Assembly (NCBI RefSeq): GCF_001194135.2
Contig: NC_068983.1
Span: forward strand, 93,591,481-93,655,480
Length of the DNA stretch: 64,000 nucleotides
From: Octopus bimaculoides
Lineage: Eukaryota
Reading direction: 5' to 3'
Under the pieces are notes generated by a model. That model was not told the DNA's origin. It did no database searches and saw nothing but the letters and a program-made list of their open reading frames with translations. Made by a program: the position numbers and the translations under genes. Positions 51,246 through 61,499 of the stretch are shown in pieces; within the stretch, counting starts at the first letter, position 1, and each line of letters opens with the position of its first letter.

Positions 51246-51365
51246 CAGGTTCGAAATTTCCCCAAGACACCTGACGAAGGCTGGAGGGTATATCAGCCAA
51301 AACGTTGTGTTAACAACAAACAAGATGAGGAGAAATATCCGTCAAATGTAAATAATGTAAATAAT
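51246..51365 (+). mobile_element. Penelope-like terminal repeat H1, right arm
   Basis: CAGGTTCGAAATTTCCCCAAGACACCTGACGAAGGCTGGAGGGTATATCAGCCAAAACGTTGTGTT.. Confidence 0.75.
51266..51311 (+). ncRNA. Minimal hammerhead-like motif with a G12A change
   Basis: GACAC-CTGACGA-A-GGCTG/CAGCC-AAAAC-GTT-GTGTT; palindromic AACGTT stem III, GUU triplet. Confidence 0.6.
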
Positions 51366-51944
51366 ATATATTATAGTTCATATTACTTTATACAGGTGCA
51401 ACGATGGCTGTATGTACAGGTGCAGAGGTAGCTACGTGGTTAAGAAGCTCACTTTGCAGCCATATGTTGTGGGTTCAGTCTCTCTGCATGGCTCCTTCGG
51501 TAACTAAAACTTTCCGAGGTGGTGCACTAGCATGGTCACAGTCCAATGACTGAAACAAATAAAAGCTAAAAGATATACATTACTCTACACATTTATATCA
51601 GTGTTATATATTTTTTTATGCTGTTGTCAAACACTATGACTACAGAGAGTGAGTCGGCGCTTAGTCATTAAGAGGTGATAGAACCAGTTAACATTGCTCA
51701 GACACATCTGATACTCTGGCTTGATTGTAGTATCTTCGGTTTTAAGAATGGGAATTATTGTGTTGTTGTCCAAGCTGTTATTGTCTATAATTTTGCACAG
51801 ACAAAGTACTGAAAGATGACCTCAGGATGCTGAACTTTTCAGACGAGATGATAAAGGACTGAGATACCTGGCACTTTGCTGTACTCAAGAAGAGTTGTAC
51901 TCCACAGGAGAAGTGTTAAGATTGCTCCCCGTGGCAAAGAAGAT

Positions 51945-52110
51945 TGGCCTGCAAGAGTCCTGTGTCAGTGCCATGTAAAAGGCACTCACACTGGTGCCAT
52001 GTTAAAAGCACGCAGCACATTGTAAAGTGTTTGGTGTTTGGGAGAGCATCCAGCCATAGAAACCATGCCAAATCAGACTGGAACCTGGTGCTGGTTGGAC
52101 AAGAGTGGGA
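51945..52110 (+). mobile_element. RTE 3' UTR fragment
   Basis: GTGCCATGTTAAAAGCAC..GCATCCAGCCATAGAAACCATGCCAAATCAGACTGGAACCTGG. Confidence 0.7.
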
Positions 52111-52138
52111 AAGCAGCTGGAGAACTCGATGACAATAC

Positions 52139-52201
<63 letters not shown>

Positions 52202-52499
52202 ATATGTGTGTGTGTGTGTGTATAAAACTACTCCAAATCATTGTTAGAGTGTTTGTATAAGTGAAGTCTGGACCAGCTAGTTTGTACTGGCACCAAGTTG
52301 TATAAGTTGTAATAATGAAGTCAAATCAAAAGGTAAACTGAGGAAGGTTTTACATAATGGATGCTTTTCCTATTATATATGATGAAGACCTGAATCACAT
52401 GTATTAAATGATTTGAAAATATCACTATTTGGTTTTACTTCATTTGACAGTTTGGATAAAAGGAAAAGGAAACACAATATCCCATTCATGAATAAAAGT

Positions 52500-53290
52500 A
52501 TTTAAATAAATCAAAAAATATCAACTAGATTATGGCTGGGAGATAACAATTTACTCAAAATACCTGCCCTCAGCTTCCATCGAGGCCTCAAGACAGCTCC
52601 AGAACCTGGTGCATACATTCCTCACTGTGTCCTTGGGAAGATCCTTGTTCTTGGTGACAGCTCAGCCTCAAGTTTGCATGCAGAGAAGTTGGTGTCTTTC
52701 TCAACCATGCCCTACACATAGTAATCCACAAGATTACAAACAGTGGAATCAGGAAGCCAGAAATTGAGGCTGGTGAAGTCATAGAAATTCTCCAACAACC
52801 ACTTGTAACTCTATCCAGAGATATACCAAGGAGCTGAATCTTGCTGCCACACATATGGCCTTCCAGCAGCAACCCTCTCCAGGCAAGGTTTGACTGCAGT
52901 CTCCAGCAGCTCCACATAGCCATCTGAACCGAGTCTAAGGCCTGCTTCAAAGATGTGGGGATGAATTCCCGTGTGCGGACACTTTCAGAATGCCTAGTGT
53001 GTCTCTTTTTGCTGGCCATGGCTTCTTAGTCTCCATTGCAGTTGTCCATGTTCATTGAGCAGCAGTCATGATGTTTGCATTTTGATATCCTGTGCAGATC
53101 ATCATGATATAAATAACGCTTTTCCAATATTCAGATGGTTCCAGTCCTCCATGTTAGCCAGCTGTTTCTCAACTACTACATAAATTTTTATGCTCTTCAC
53201 TGCTGTTTACTGTTCACCAATAAATCATGAGGATCCTAAAGAATAAAAAGGAGGCAGAAAAATCATTAAATTTAACCCGGACACCTGCTA
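52500..53290 (-). mobile_element. DD37D (maT-like) Tc1/mariner transposon relic
   Basis: RVAAGRPYVWQQDSAP...CNLVDYYV with exactly 37 codons between the two Asp; internal stops; TIR-like CAGGTGTCCGGGTTAAATTT. Confidence 0.85.
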
Positions 53291-53306
53291 CATAAGAATA
53301 TATTTA

Positions 53307-54457
53307 TCTGGTCATCCCATAAGTTCTGTCTGAATTTTGAATAAAGATAACAAGTGATCAAATGTTATATTTAATTGAAATTTAATCATCAATGTACTTT
53401 CCTTGATTATCTAAGACTTCCTTCTATCTATTTACAAGCTTTTTAATCCCATCAATGTAAAACTCTTTTGGTTTCAAAGTGAAGAACTCTGAAATGTCAG
53501 TTTTGACCTCCTCCTGGCTTGTGAAAGTTATGTCCCCCAAATGATTCTGTAAACTACGAAACAAATGGTAGTCTCAAGGAGCAAGTTTGGGAGAATAAGG
53601 TGGATGAGGAATTTTTTCCCAACCAAGCTCTTCAATCTTCTGTGATCTGATCTTTGCAGTGTGGGGTCACACATTGTCCTGATGAAACATCACTCCTTTT
53701 CAATTCACTAAAGAGGGCCTTTTTTTCTTCAAAGCTTGGTTCAAACACTCTAATTACTGACAGTAGACTTGAGCATTGATTGTTTCATTCGGTAGTAACA
53801 ATTCAAAAGGAATTACTCCTTTGCAATCCCACTAGAAAGAGAGAAGAACCTTTTTTCCATGAAGTTCCCTTCTCGGTTGTGGTTGAGTTTTTTCCCTTTT
53901 ACCAAGCCACTGTTTACGACATTTAACATTTTGATAGAACATCCATTTTTCATTACCAGCCACAAGTCATTCCAAAAAGGCTGAAATGAGTTTGCGAAAA
54001 TGGAGAGAAGGGCAGTTGTCAACTCAGGATTTGCAGTTGCTTTCAGATAATTCATGAGGCACCCATTTTTGAAGTTGTTGAAGATGACAATGAACAGTTG
54101 TATGGTTTGAACTAAGCTTTATTGCCAATTCTTCAACTGATAATGCAGGATTTTCTTCAAGTAATGCCTCAAGGGGCTTATCATCAAACTCAATTGGACG
54201 TCCTGTTTGATCTTCATCTTCAAGGCTGAAATCTCCACTTCTGAATTTTGCAAACCATCTTCTGCAAGTTCTTTCATTCAAGCATTCTTTCTCATAAACT
54301 GTGTGTATGTTTCGCGTCGCTTTGGCTGCAGAGTTTCCTTTTTGTGCCTCAAATGGACACTTCCATGTTAGAAAGGGTTTTACTCAAAGGAATTTTAATT
54401 CTATTATTCTTTAAGATAATATTTAATTAGTTTAAATGTACACACATGCATAAAAAT
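53307..54457 (-). mobile_element. mariner DD34D transposon copy 2 (pseudogenised)
   Basis: Start about 54366, stop 53382-53384; RTCRRWFAKFRSGDFSLED, WVPHEL, and HQDN..(34 codons)..DY with stops and frameshifts; 5' TIR in the gap. Confidence 0.95.
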
Positions 54458-54708
54458 NNNNNNNNNNNNNNNNNNNNNNNNNNNNNNNNNNNNNNNNNNN
54501 NNNNNNNNNNNNNNNNNNNNNNNNNNNNNNNNNNNNNNNNNNNNNNNNNNNNNNNNNNNNNNNNNNNNNNNNNNNNNNNNNNNNNNNNNNNNNNNNNNNN
54601 NNNNNNNNNNNNNNNNNNNNNNNNNNNNNNNNNNNNNNNNNNNNNNNNNNNNNNNNNNNNNNNNNNNNNNNNNNNNNNNNNNNNNNNNNNNNNNNNNNNN
54701 NNNNNNNC

Positions 54709-54860
54709 TGTACTTGACTGGTACTTACTTTATCAACTCCCAAAATTTGAAAGGCAAAATCAGCCTTGGGGGATTTTGAACTCAGAACATAGAGACAGAT
54801 AAAATGCTGCTAAGCATCTCGCTCAGTGTGCTAATGATTCTGCCAGCTCACTGTCTTACT
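54709..54860 (-). mobile_element. SINE family B
   Basis: GAAAGGCAAAATCAGCC..TTTTGAACTCAGAAC..GATTCTGCCAGCTCAC. Confidence 0.7.
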
Positions 54861-55184
54861 TATCTGAAATATTGATAGATTAATTAATTATCTGGAATAT
54901 TGATAAGTTGTTATTGCTACTGACATCTAATTAACACAAGAAAGGGAGCTTTGTTCCATATATTCAATTATATGTGAACGTTGTCAGATCTTGCTTCTCA
55001 ACAGGTGAAGTATATGTGCTTTTAGTATCACACTAGTTTTACCACTGTTTTAAGAGGATGATGAAGTCTTTTTTAATGAGCTGGATGTGGTTTATAACAT
55101 TTGTGTGAGCAACACCATTCCAAATATGGGGCAGTACTGTAATGTAGGACATATCGCCTATATATCTATTCTTTTATTTTTTTA

Positions 55185-55395
55185 TTCTGTTACTTGTTTC
55201 AGTCATTAGACTGTGGCCATGCTGGGGCACTGCTATGAAGAATTTTATTTGAATGAATCAACCCCAGTACTTTAATTTTTTTAAAGCATGGTACTTATCC
55301 TATTGGTCACTTTTGCCAAACCACTAAGTTATGGGGCCATAAATGCACCAACACTGGTTGTCAAGCCATGATGGTGGACAAACATGGATACACAC
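55185..55395 (-). mobile_element. SINE family A tail
   Basis: TTACTTGTTTCAGTCATTAGACTGTGGCCATGCTGGGGCAC. Confidence 0.75.
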
Positions 55396-55407
55396 ACACA
55401 CACTCAC

Positions 55408-55442
<35 letters not shown>

Positions 55443-55445
<3 letters not shown>

Positions 55446-56271
55446 TGGGTGATGGGTAAATTGTTGCCATATTATATTTTTTATTTCACGCATTGCTTGA
55501 TTTTAAATTTACTGACTACACAGTATAGTAGGGTCAATTGAGCACCATCTGTGAGAAAGACAGCACCCTGGTGCAATTCAGTCTGCCAGAAATTTGGAAA
55601 CGACATGCTGTACTGCTTGGCATTCATGCCAGAAGCTCCAGTACGAAACGGTGGAAGCTCCAATACAAACATGTACCAATACAGACATGTACTGAGAGTG
55701 ATAAAAATCAAACATTCAGTCAACATCATGATGTTTGGAGTGATCACTAGTGTTGGTGACATTATGCCTCCAGTCATCTTCCCACATGGCCTCAGGCTCA
55801 ACACGGAGGCCTACATCAAGTACCTGGAGGAGGTAGTGCTGCCCTGGGTCAAGAGGGTGGCTGCTGGAAGACCCTACATCTGGCAAAAAGACTCTGCACC
55901 ATGCCACATAAGCAGGAGAACCAAGTCATGGCTGTCAGACAATTTCTGCAACCACATCACTCCTAACATTTGTGTAGAGTGCAGTTGAGTGAGAGACCAG
56001 CAAAACTCCTTGTAACACCAAAGATGAACTGAAGGCAAGGATTATGGCAGCATTCACCAACTTAAACTAGGAGGCCATCTAAATGAATCACAGGAGATTC
56101 TGAAGTTGTCTGGAGGCTGTGGTTGAAGCCAATGGTGATTTTATTAGACAAATTTACTCTTTAGTATTTCAAGATATTTTTGTGCAATTTTGGTGAATAT
56201 ATTTGTTAAAATGAGATGTCAGTTTTATTTTCATTTTTGCATAATTTAGATAATTTATTAATTGCATCCTA
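55443..56271 (+). mobile_element. DD37D (maT-like) transposon, internally deleted
   Basis: MMFGVITSVGDIMPPVIFPHGLRLNTEAYIKYLEEVVLPWVKRVAAGRPYIWQKDSAPCH; the third-Asp region is deleted. Confidence 0.88.
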
Positions 56272-56321
56272 TATACATATATATATATATATATATACAC
56301 ACATACATATATATACTAGAG

Positions 56322-56553
56322 TAAGCACATAAATGTGAAACAAGGTGGTCAAAATAGTATTTGAATACCAGAGGTAGAATAATATGCTTTATTAATAAAG
56401 CTGCAAAGACATCACAAAAACTGGTACTCAGAGTTTCACATTCATCGGACAGTTTTGGCTGAGACAAATGGCAATGGGAAACTGTCCGACAAACAGGAAC
56501 ATGAAATTCTGAGTAACAGTTTTTGTGATGTCTTTGCAGCTTTATTAATAAAG
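56322..56553. mobile_element. Inverted pair of Penelope-like terminal repeats (family H2)
   Basis: Arms 56387-56455 and 56479-56553 are imperfect reverse complements; each has a hammerhead-like layout. Confidence 0.65.
56479..56523 (+). ncRNA. Degenerate hammerhead-like motif (H2)
   Basis: AAACTGT-CCGACAA-ACAGGAACAT-GAAAT-TCTGA-GTA-ACAGTTT: 7-bp stem I and GUA triplet; deviations are consistent with C>T/G>A decay. Confidence 0.5.
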
Positions 56554-56580
56554 TATATATATGTTAAAGTCTGTCATACC

Positions 56581-56624
56581 GGCCATGATGAAATACCACA
56601 AGGTATAGAAAATACGTATTCGCC
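56581..56624 (+). ncRNA. Hammerhead-like motif (H3)
   Basis: GGC-C(A)TGATGA-A-ATACC(ACAA)GGTAT-A-GAAA-ATACGTAT-TC-GCC; palindrome AATACGTATT. Confidence 0.45.
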
Positions 56625-56900
56625 TTTATATATTTAATCCTTTATATTGAACACTCAATATTTCATATATTCAATAAGACATATTCCATATATTCAATAA
56701 GACATTCAATACTTTATTTCATTGTACCATCCATTTTTATATTATATATTGTATATTCTATATTCTATATCCCACATTAATTTTACAAGAATATAAATAA
56801 AACATAAAAAACAGACAGAGTTGGAACTCTTTTAAATAAAATAATATATTCCTCTATATACAATCATACAAAACCCCTTTTTTTTGTATTTATTTTTACT

Positions 56901-56939
<39 letters not shown>

Positions 56940-56942
<3 letters not shown>

Positions 56943-57105
56943 CAACAGGCTTCTTTCAGTTTTTGTTTACCAAATCCACTCACAAACAAAGCTTTGGTCA
57001 GCCTGAGGCTATTGTAGAAGACACTTGCCCAAAGTGCTATGCAGTGGTACTGAACTCAGGACCATGTGGTTGGGAAGCAAACTTCTTACTATGCAGCCAC
57101 TCCTG
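56940..57105 (-). mobile_element. SINE family A head
   Basis: CCAAATCCACTCAC..GGAAGCAAACTTCTTAC. Confidence 0.75.
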
Positions 57106-57214
57106 TACCTATATTGTATTTATTGTATATTTGTTTTAATATCTTACCCACATATCTGCCATATTTATGTTTTCTTGATATCTTGTTCAGATGTCTTCTA
57201 TATTTTTATCTTTT

Positions 57215-57620
57215 CCCAGTTGCAGTTATTGAACTGTGGTCATGTAGGGGCATCGCCTTGAAGGATTTTAGTCTAGCAAATTGATCCTTGTACTTGTTTT
57301 TTTATTTATAAAGCCCAGCATTTATTCTGTAGTTGTCTTTTGCCAAACAGCTGTTACAGGATATAAACAAACTAACACCAGTTGTTAAGCAGTGGTGGGG
57401 GACAAAAACATACTTTCTCTCTCTCTCTCTCTCTTTCTTTCTTTTACACACATACGCACATATACGACAGACTTCTTACGGCTTATGTCTACCAAATCTA
57501 CTAACAAGGCTTTAGGTGGCCTAAGGCTATATTAGAAGACATTTTCCCAGGGTGCAACAGAGTGAGACTGAACCCAAGATTACATGGTTGAGATGCAAGC
57601 TTCCTAACCACATAACCATG
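57215..57620 (-). mobile_element. SINE family A (diverged, full length)
   Basis: Tail, (CT/CA)n middle and head. Confidence 0.7.
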
Positions 57621-57906
57621 TTAATATCTTGCCTACATGTCTACCATATTTATCTACTATTTCTGAATGCCTTGTTTACATATTCTTCTTATTCATCTGC
57701 ATTCTCATAACGCTCATGTTTTCCATATTTAACCATGTTTTCTTAACATCCAGGCCACATGTTGTACACGTTTTTTTGCATCTCTTGCCAATCGATACAT
57801 TTTTCATATTCCTGAGATATTTTCTCAAGCATTTTCATTATCTTGCCTATGTTTTTAAATTCATATATTCTAAATATTTAAAATGTGTTTCCATTTCTTC
57901 TGTCAG

Positions 57907-58138
57907 GTATGGACTGTCCTACTGGGCTATGTCATAATGATAGCATTGTACTGGAAACCAGAAAACAACAACCAACTACAATATTTATCCATTCCTGTAT
58001 GGGTATTATTTGTGCTTCATCTCTGTTCTTCTGCTGGCTCACTCAGTGCACCAATCTTCATTCTGGCAGTAGCTATGCTGGCTATTGGCTATGTGTCAGA
58101 GGTGAATCAAGCAAAAGCAGAAAAGGGTGAAATCTCAG
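57907..58138 (+). CDS. TMEM245: Internal coding exon of transmembrane protein 245-like gene
   Basis: Acceptor TTTCCATTTCTTCTGTCAG|, donor CAG|GTAATC; 77 open codons +1 nt. VWTVLLGYVIMIALYWKP..LSIPVWVLFVLHLCSSAGSLSAPIF matches the recalled human [41 protein letters not shown] (from memory, not a search). Confidence 0.85.
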
Positions 58139-58172
58139 GTAATCACAATTTATCATTTTTTATCATTTGACC

Positions 58173-58562
58173 TAGTGGTTTTCAACCAAGGTCCATATAG
58201 CCCCTGAGAGTCCATATAAGATTTTTTTGTGAGCCACTAGAGCAAAATAGTAATGAAAGGGGTTAAAAAAAACAGGTGAGAATCACGGATCTAATCAAGA
58301 TGTATGATTTTGGAGAAAAGTCACTAAAATTTAAATCATCATCATTTATTGCAAGAAACAGTTATGTTTCTTTCTGTAACACTTAACATAGTTGAACATG
58401 TTTCTTGCTAATGTATGCAAGTGAACGTGTGAAAAACAAAATAGGAATTTTGAAAGAAGTAACTATAAAACTAGTTTTTAAAACATCAAATGGCTATGGG
58501 GTCTACCAGAATAAAATAGTAATCAAAGGGGTCTATAGGTAAAAGATGGTTGAGAACCACTG
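58173..58562. mobile_element. hAT-like MITE family E, complete
   Basis: TIRs TAGTGGTTTTCAACC / GGTTGAGAACCACTG; 8-bp TSD ATTTGACC / ATTTAACC. Confidence 0.85.
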
Positions 58563-58568
58563 ATTTAA

Positions 58569-58788
58569 CCCTTTAGCATACAAATTAGTCTGTCTAATGT
58601 ATTACTTATTATTTACACATTTAAAAAATTAATTTTGCATTATCTCATAGCTTTGAGATTTTGATGATGAAATTGATTATATTTAGAATGACATTGTAGG
58701 GTTAGTGTGAGAGGCCAGATCTGACTAGTTTGAATATAAAATAGGTAGAATATTTAAGTTGAATTTGGCCTGTTTAAATGCTAAAATG
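58569..58788. mobile_element. piggyBac-like MITE family D
   Basis: TTAA|CCCTTTAGCAT ... AATGCTAAAATG|TTAA. Confidence 0.8.
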
Positions 58789-58991
58789 TTAACTGAGTGT
58801 ATTATTGCAGAATTCATCAATACTCTTCCCTCTAGTTGTGGAATGACCACTTGTGGCTTTCTTAACAACACAATACTCTTGTCATAGAATTTTTGTGGAA
58901 GAATATGGAATTGGGTTTTCCCATTGCTTTCCTCTGGGTGTCATTTTTTTTAAAACACATTATCTTGTCAGCTATTGTCAATTCTGAGAGA

Positions 58992-59063
<72 letters not shown>

Positions 59064-59094
59064 ACATGTGCATGTGTGAGAGATGAAAGAGAAG

Positions 59095-59245
59095 AAAGAG
59101 AAATTGATCCCAGGGTACTTTATTAATGTTAAAGGATGAAAGGCAAAATTGACCTTAGCAGAATTTGAAGTCAGTGTGTGTGTAGAGAGAACTGGAACAA
59201 ATACCACAAGGCATTTTATCCAATGCTGTGACAACTTTTTCTTAT
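59095..59245 (-). mobile_element. SINE family B fragment
   Basis: GGATGAAAGGCAAAATTGACCTTAGCAGAATTTGAAGTCAG. Confidence 0.65.
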
Positions 59246-59869
59246 TTGCCATTTTATTTAAACCCTAGCATGAAGTTGAGCTATCCAGTAAACCTCTCCT
59301 GAAAAATAAGTACAGAATGGTCAGCTTACTATCCTTACAAGCACACACGCATACGCATGCATCAAAAATTAACTGTATTCTAGAATATATATCCATGTAG
59401 ATCACCATCATCATCACCACCATAATAATAATAATAATGATAATAATAATAATAATAATTATTATTATTATTATAATATGTTTTATGACATATATATTTG
59501 ATGTTATTCAATATCTCCAGCTCTGTATGATTCTATTTAATATGTTTGTACAGCTATATATATTTGAGGCTATTCAATATGTCCAAGCACATATACTCAA
59601 AGCTATTCTATATTTCAATATCTCTTATTATACATTCAATGATATTCAATATATCTGTCCAAATATATATGATGTTATTCTTGATATCAAGCTTCGTCCT
59701 ATATTAGATTTAATAGCCATTGCTATCAAAAGTAGTCCGTCCATTTCTTTTATTCTCTATAGATAGCTGAGGTTCTGTACAAGCTAAAAAACTGGAGTGC
59801 AGTCTACTTATCATTTATATAGCAGAATAATAATGGTACTAAGAACAATATTAAGGACTTTTCAACAAG

Positions 59870-60605
59870 CAGGCAAGTGTGATTGTGTGGTAAGAAGCTT
59901 GTTTTCAGTCCCACTGTGTAGCACTTTGGCTGAGTGTCATCTAGTATACCCTTGGGTCAACCAAAGCTTTGAGTGGATTTGGTAGATGGAATCTGAAAGA
60001 AGTCCGTCATATGTATGTGTATTTCTTTATGTCAGTGTTGGTATGCTTACATCCCCATAACTTAGCAGCTCAGTAAAAAGACCAATAGAATAAGTACCAG
60101 GCTTAAAAAAAAGAATGAAAGTACTGGGGTTGATTTATTCAACTAAAAATTCTTCAAGGCGGTGCCCCAGCATGACAGCAGCCTAGCGACTGAAACAATA
60201 AAAGATAAAAGATGTGGTAAGAAGTTTGCTTCCCAACCACATGGTTCCTGGTTCAGACTCACTGTGTGACACTTTGGGCAAGTGTCTTATACTATAGCTT
60301 CAGGCTGACCAAAGCCTTATGAGTGGATTTGGTAGAAGGAAACTGAAAGAAGCCTGTCATATGCATGTGTGTGTGTCTTTGTGTCTGTGTTTGTTTCTCT
60401 CACCTACTACTTGACAATTGGTATTGGTGTGTTTATATCTCCATAACTTGTGGTTTGGCCAAAGAGACCGATAGAATAAGTACCAAACTTTAAAAAAATG
60501 CAAAAAGTCCTGGAGTCGACTGATTCAACTAAAAATTCTCCAAGCCAGTGCCCCAGCATGACCACAGTCCAATGACTGAAACCAGTAACAAATAAAAGAT
60601 AAAAG
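59870..60605 (+). mobile_element. Two tandem family A SINEs
   Basis: Heads at about 59870 and 60215, each followed by a TGAAAC..AAAAGATAAAAG tail. Confidence 0.8.
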
Positions 60606-60944
60606 ATTACCACAGCAATAATAATAATTGTTTCTAGTTCAGGCACAAGACTAGAATTTTTGAGGAGAAGCAGGTCATTCCATTACCATTGATCTTAGTA
60701 CTTGACTGGTACTTCATAAGGGTGACAACCAAAGTTGACCACAGTGTTATTTGAACTCAACATGTAGAGAGCAGCAAGTACTGCGAAGTATTTTTCCCAA
60801 TGTAACAATTCTGTCATTCTGAAATAAACTTGACTGCTCTCACAAACAAGAATACTAAAAATGAACCCAACTGCTCTCAAAAATTAAGTAAAAAAAAACA
60901 GAAAAATAATCCAGAATCTTTGTCCAGTACCTGATCAATCCTAA

Positions 60945-61120
60945 TGGTAGTCATGGAATGTGAAGGTGGGTGTGCGGGCTGTGTTTGTAATGCTGTGTAT
61001 GTGTCGTCTATAGTGAAAAATTTATCCATGCATGAAAGAAAATGGAAAGGACCTGCATATGGTGCTGTTAACAGAGATTTAACAACATCGTTGCGCACAA
61101 AAATGTGAATCCAAGAAGTA
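60945..61120 (-). mobile_element. Gypsy integrase C-terminal (GPY/F) fragment
   Basis: IHIFVRNDVVKSLLTAPYAGPFHFLSCMDKFFTID resembles HVFVRxDxVRxPLxPPYxGPFxVLxRxDKxFTID. Confidence 0.65.
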
Positions 61121-61499
61121 AAGCTTCCTTTAAGGCAGGGCTAGAAATGCAATTGTCAAGTAGGTAAGAGGTTTTAAACGGGAGCGATATATTCAAAATT
61201 AGTAAAACTAAAAACTGTCAAGGATAAATTAAATCTATTATTGTTACTGAATATGTTAGTGTTATTTAATTTCTGAATGGTTTTGCTGCTGTTTGTTTAT
61301 GTAGTTTGATTTCTTTATCCATCAGTTTCTACTAAGATAAAAACGCGAATAAAATTAATAATAGAGAAATGAAAATAAAACTTTGGAAGCAGCAACGCTG
61401 CCATAGCTTAGGTGGAAACCATGAGTGTGCTTTCAAGGAAGGTAATCAGAGAAAGACTTGAAAATCAACATAAGATTGTAATACTTCATGTAAAGTAAA

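Noticed and set aside
4534-54802. Long ORFs containing runs of X (for example 5977-6759, 22460-23216, 43062-43838, 46977-47623, 54432-54802)
   Set aside because: They are open only because they cross N gaps and microsatellites.
59437-59766. 109-aa ORF
   Set aside because: Built from (ATA/ATT)n and a degenerate GATATTCAATAT minisatellite.
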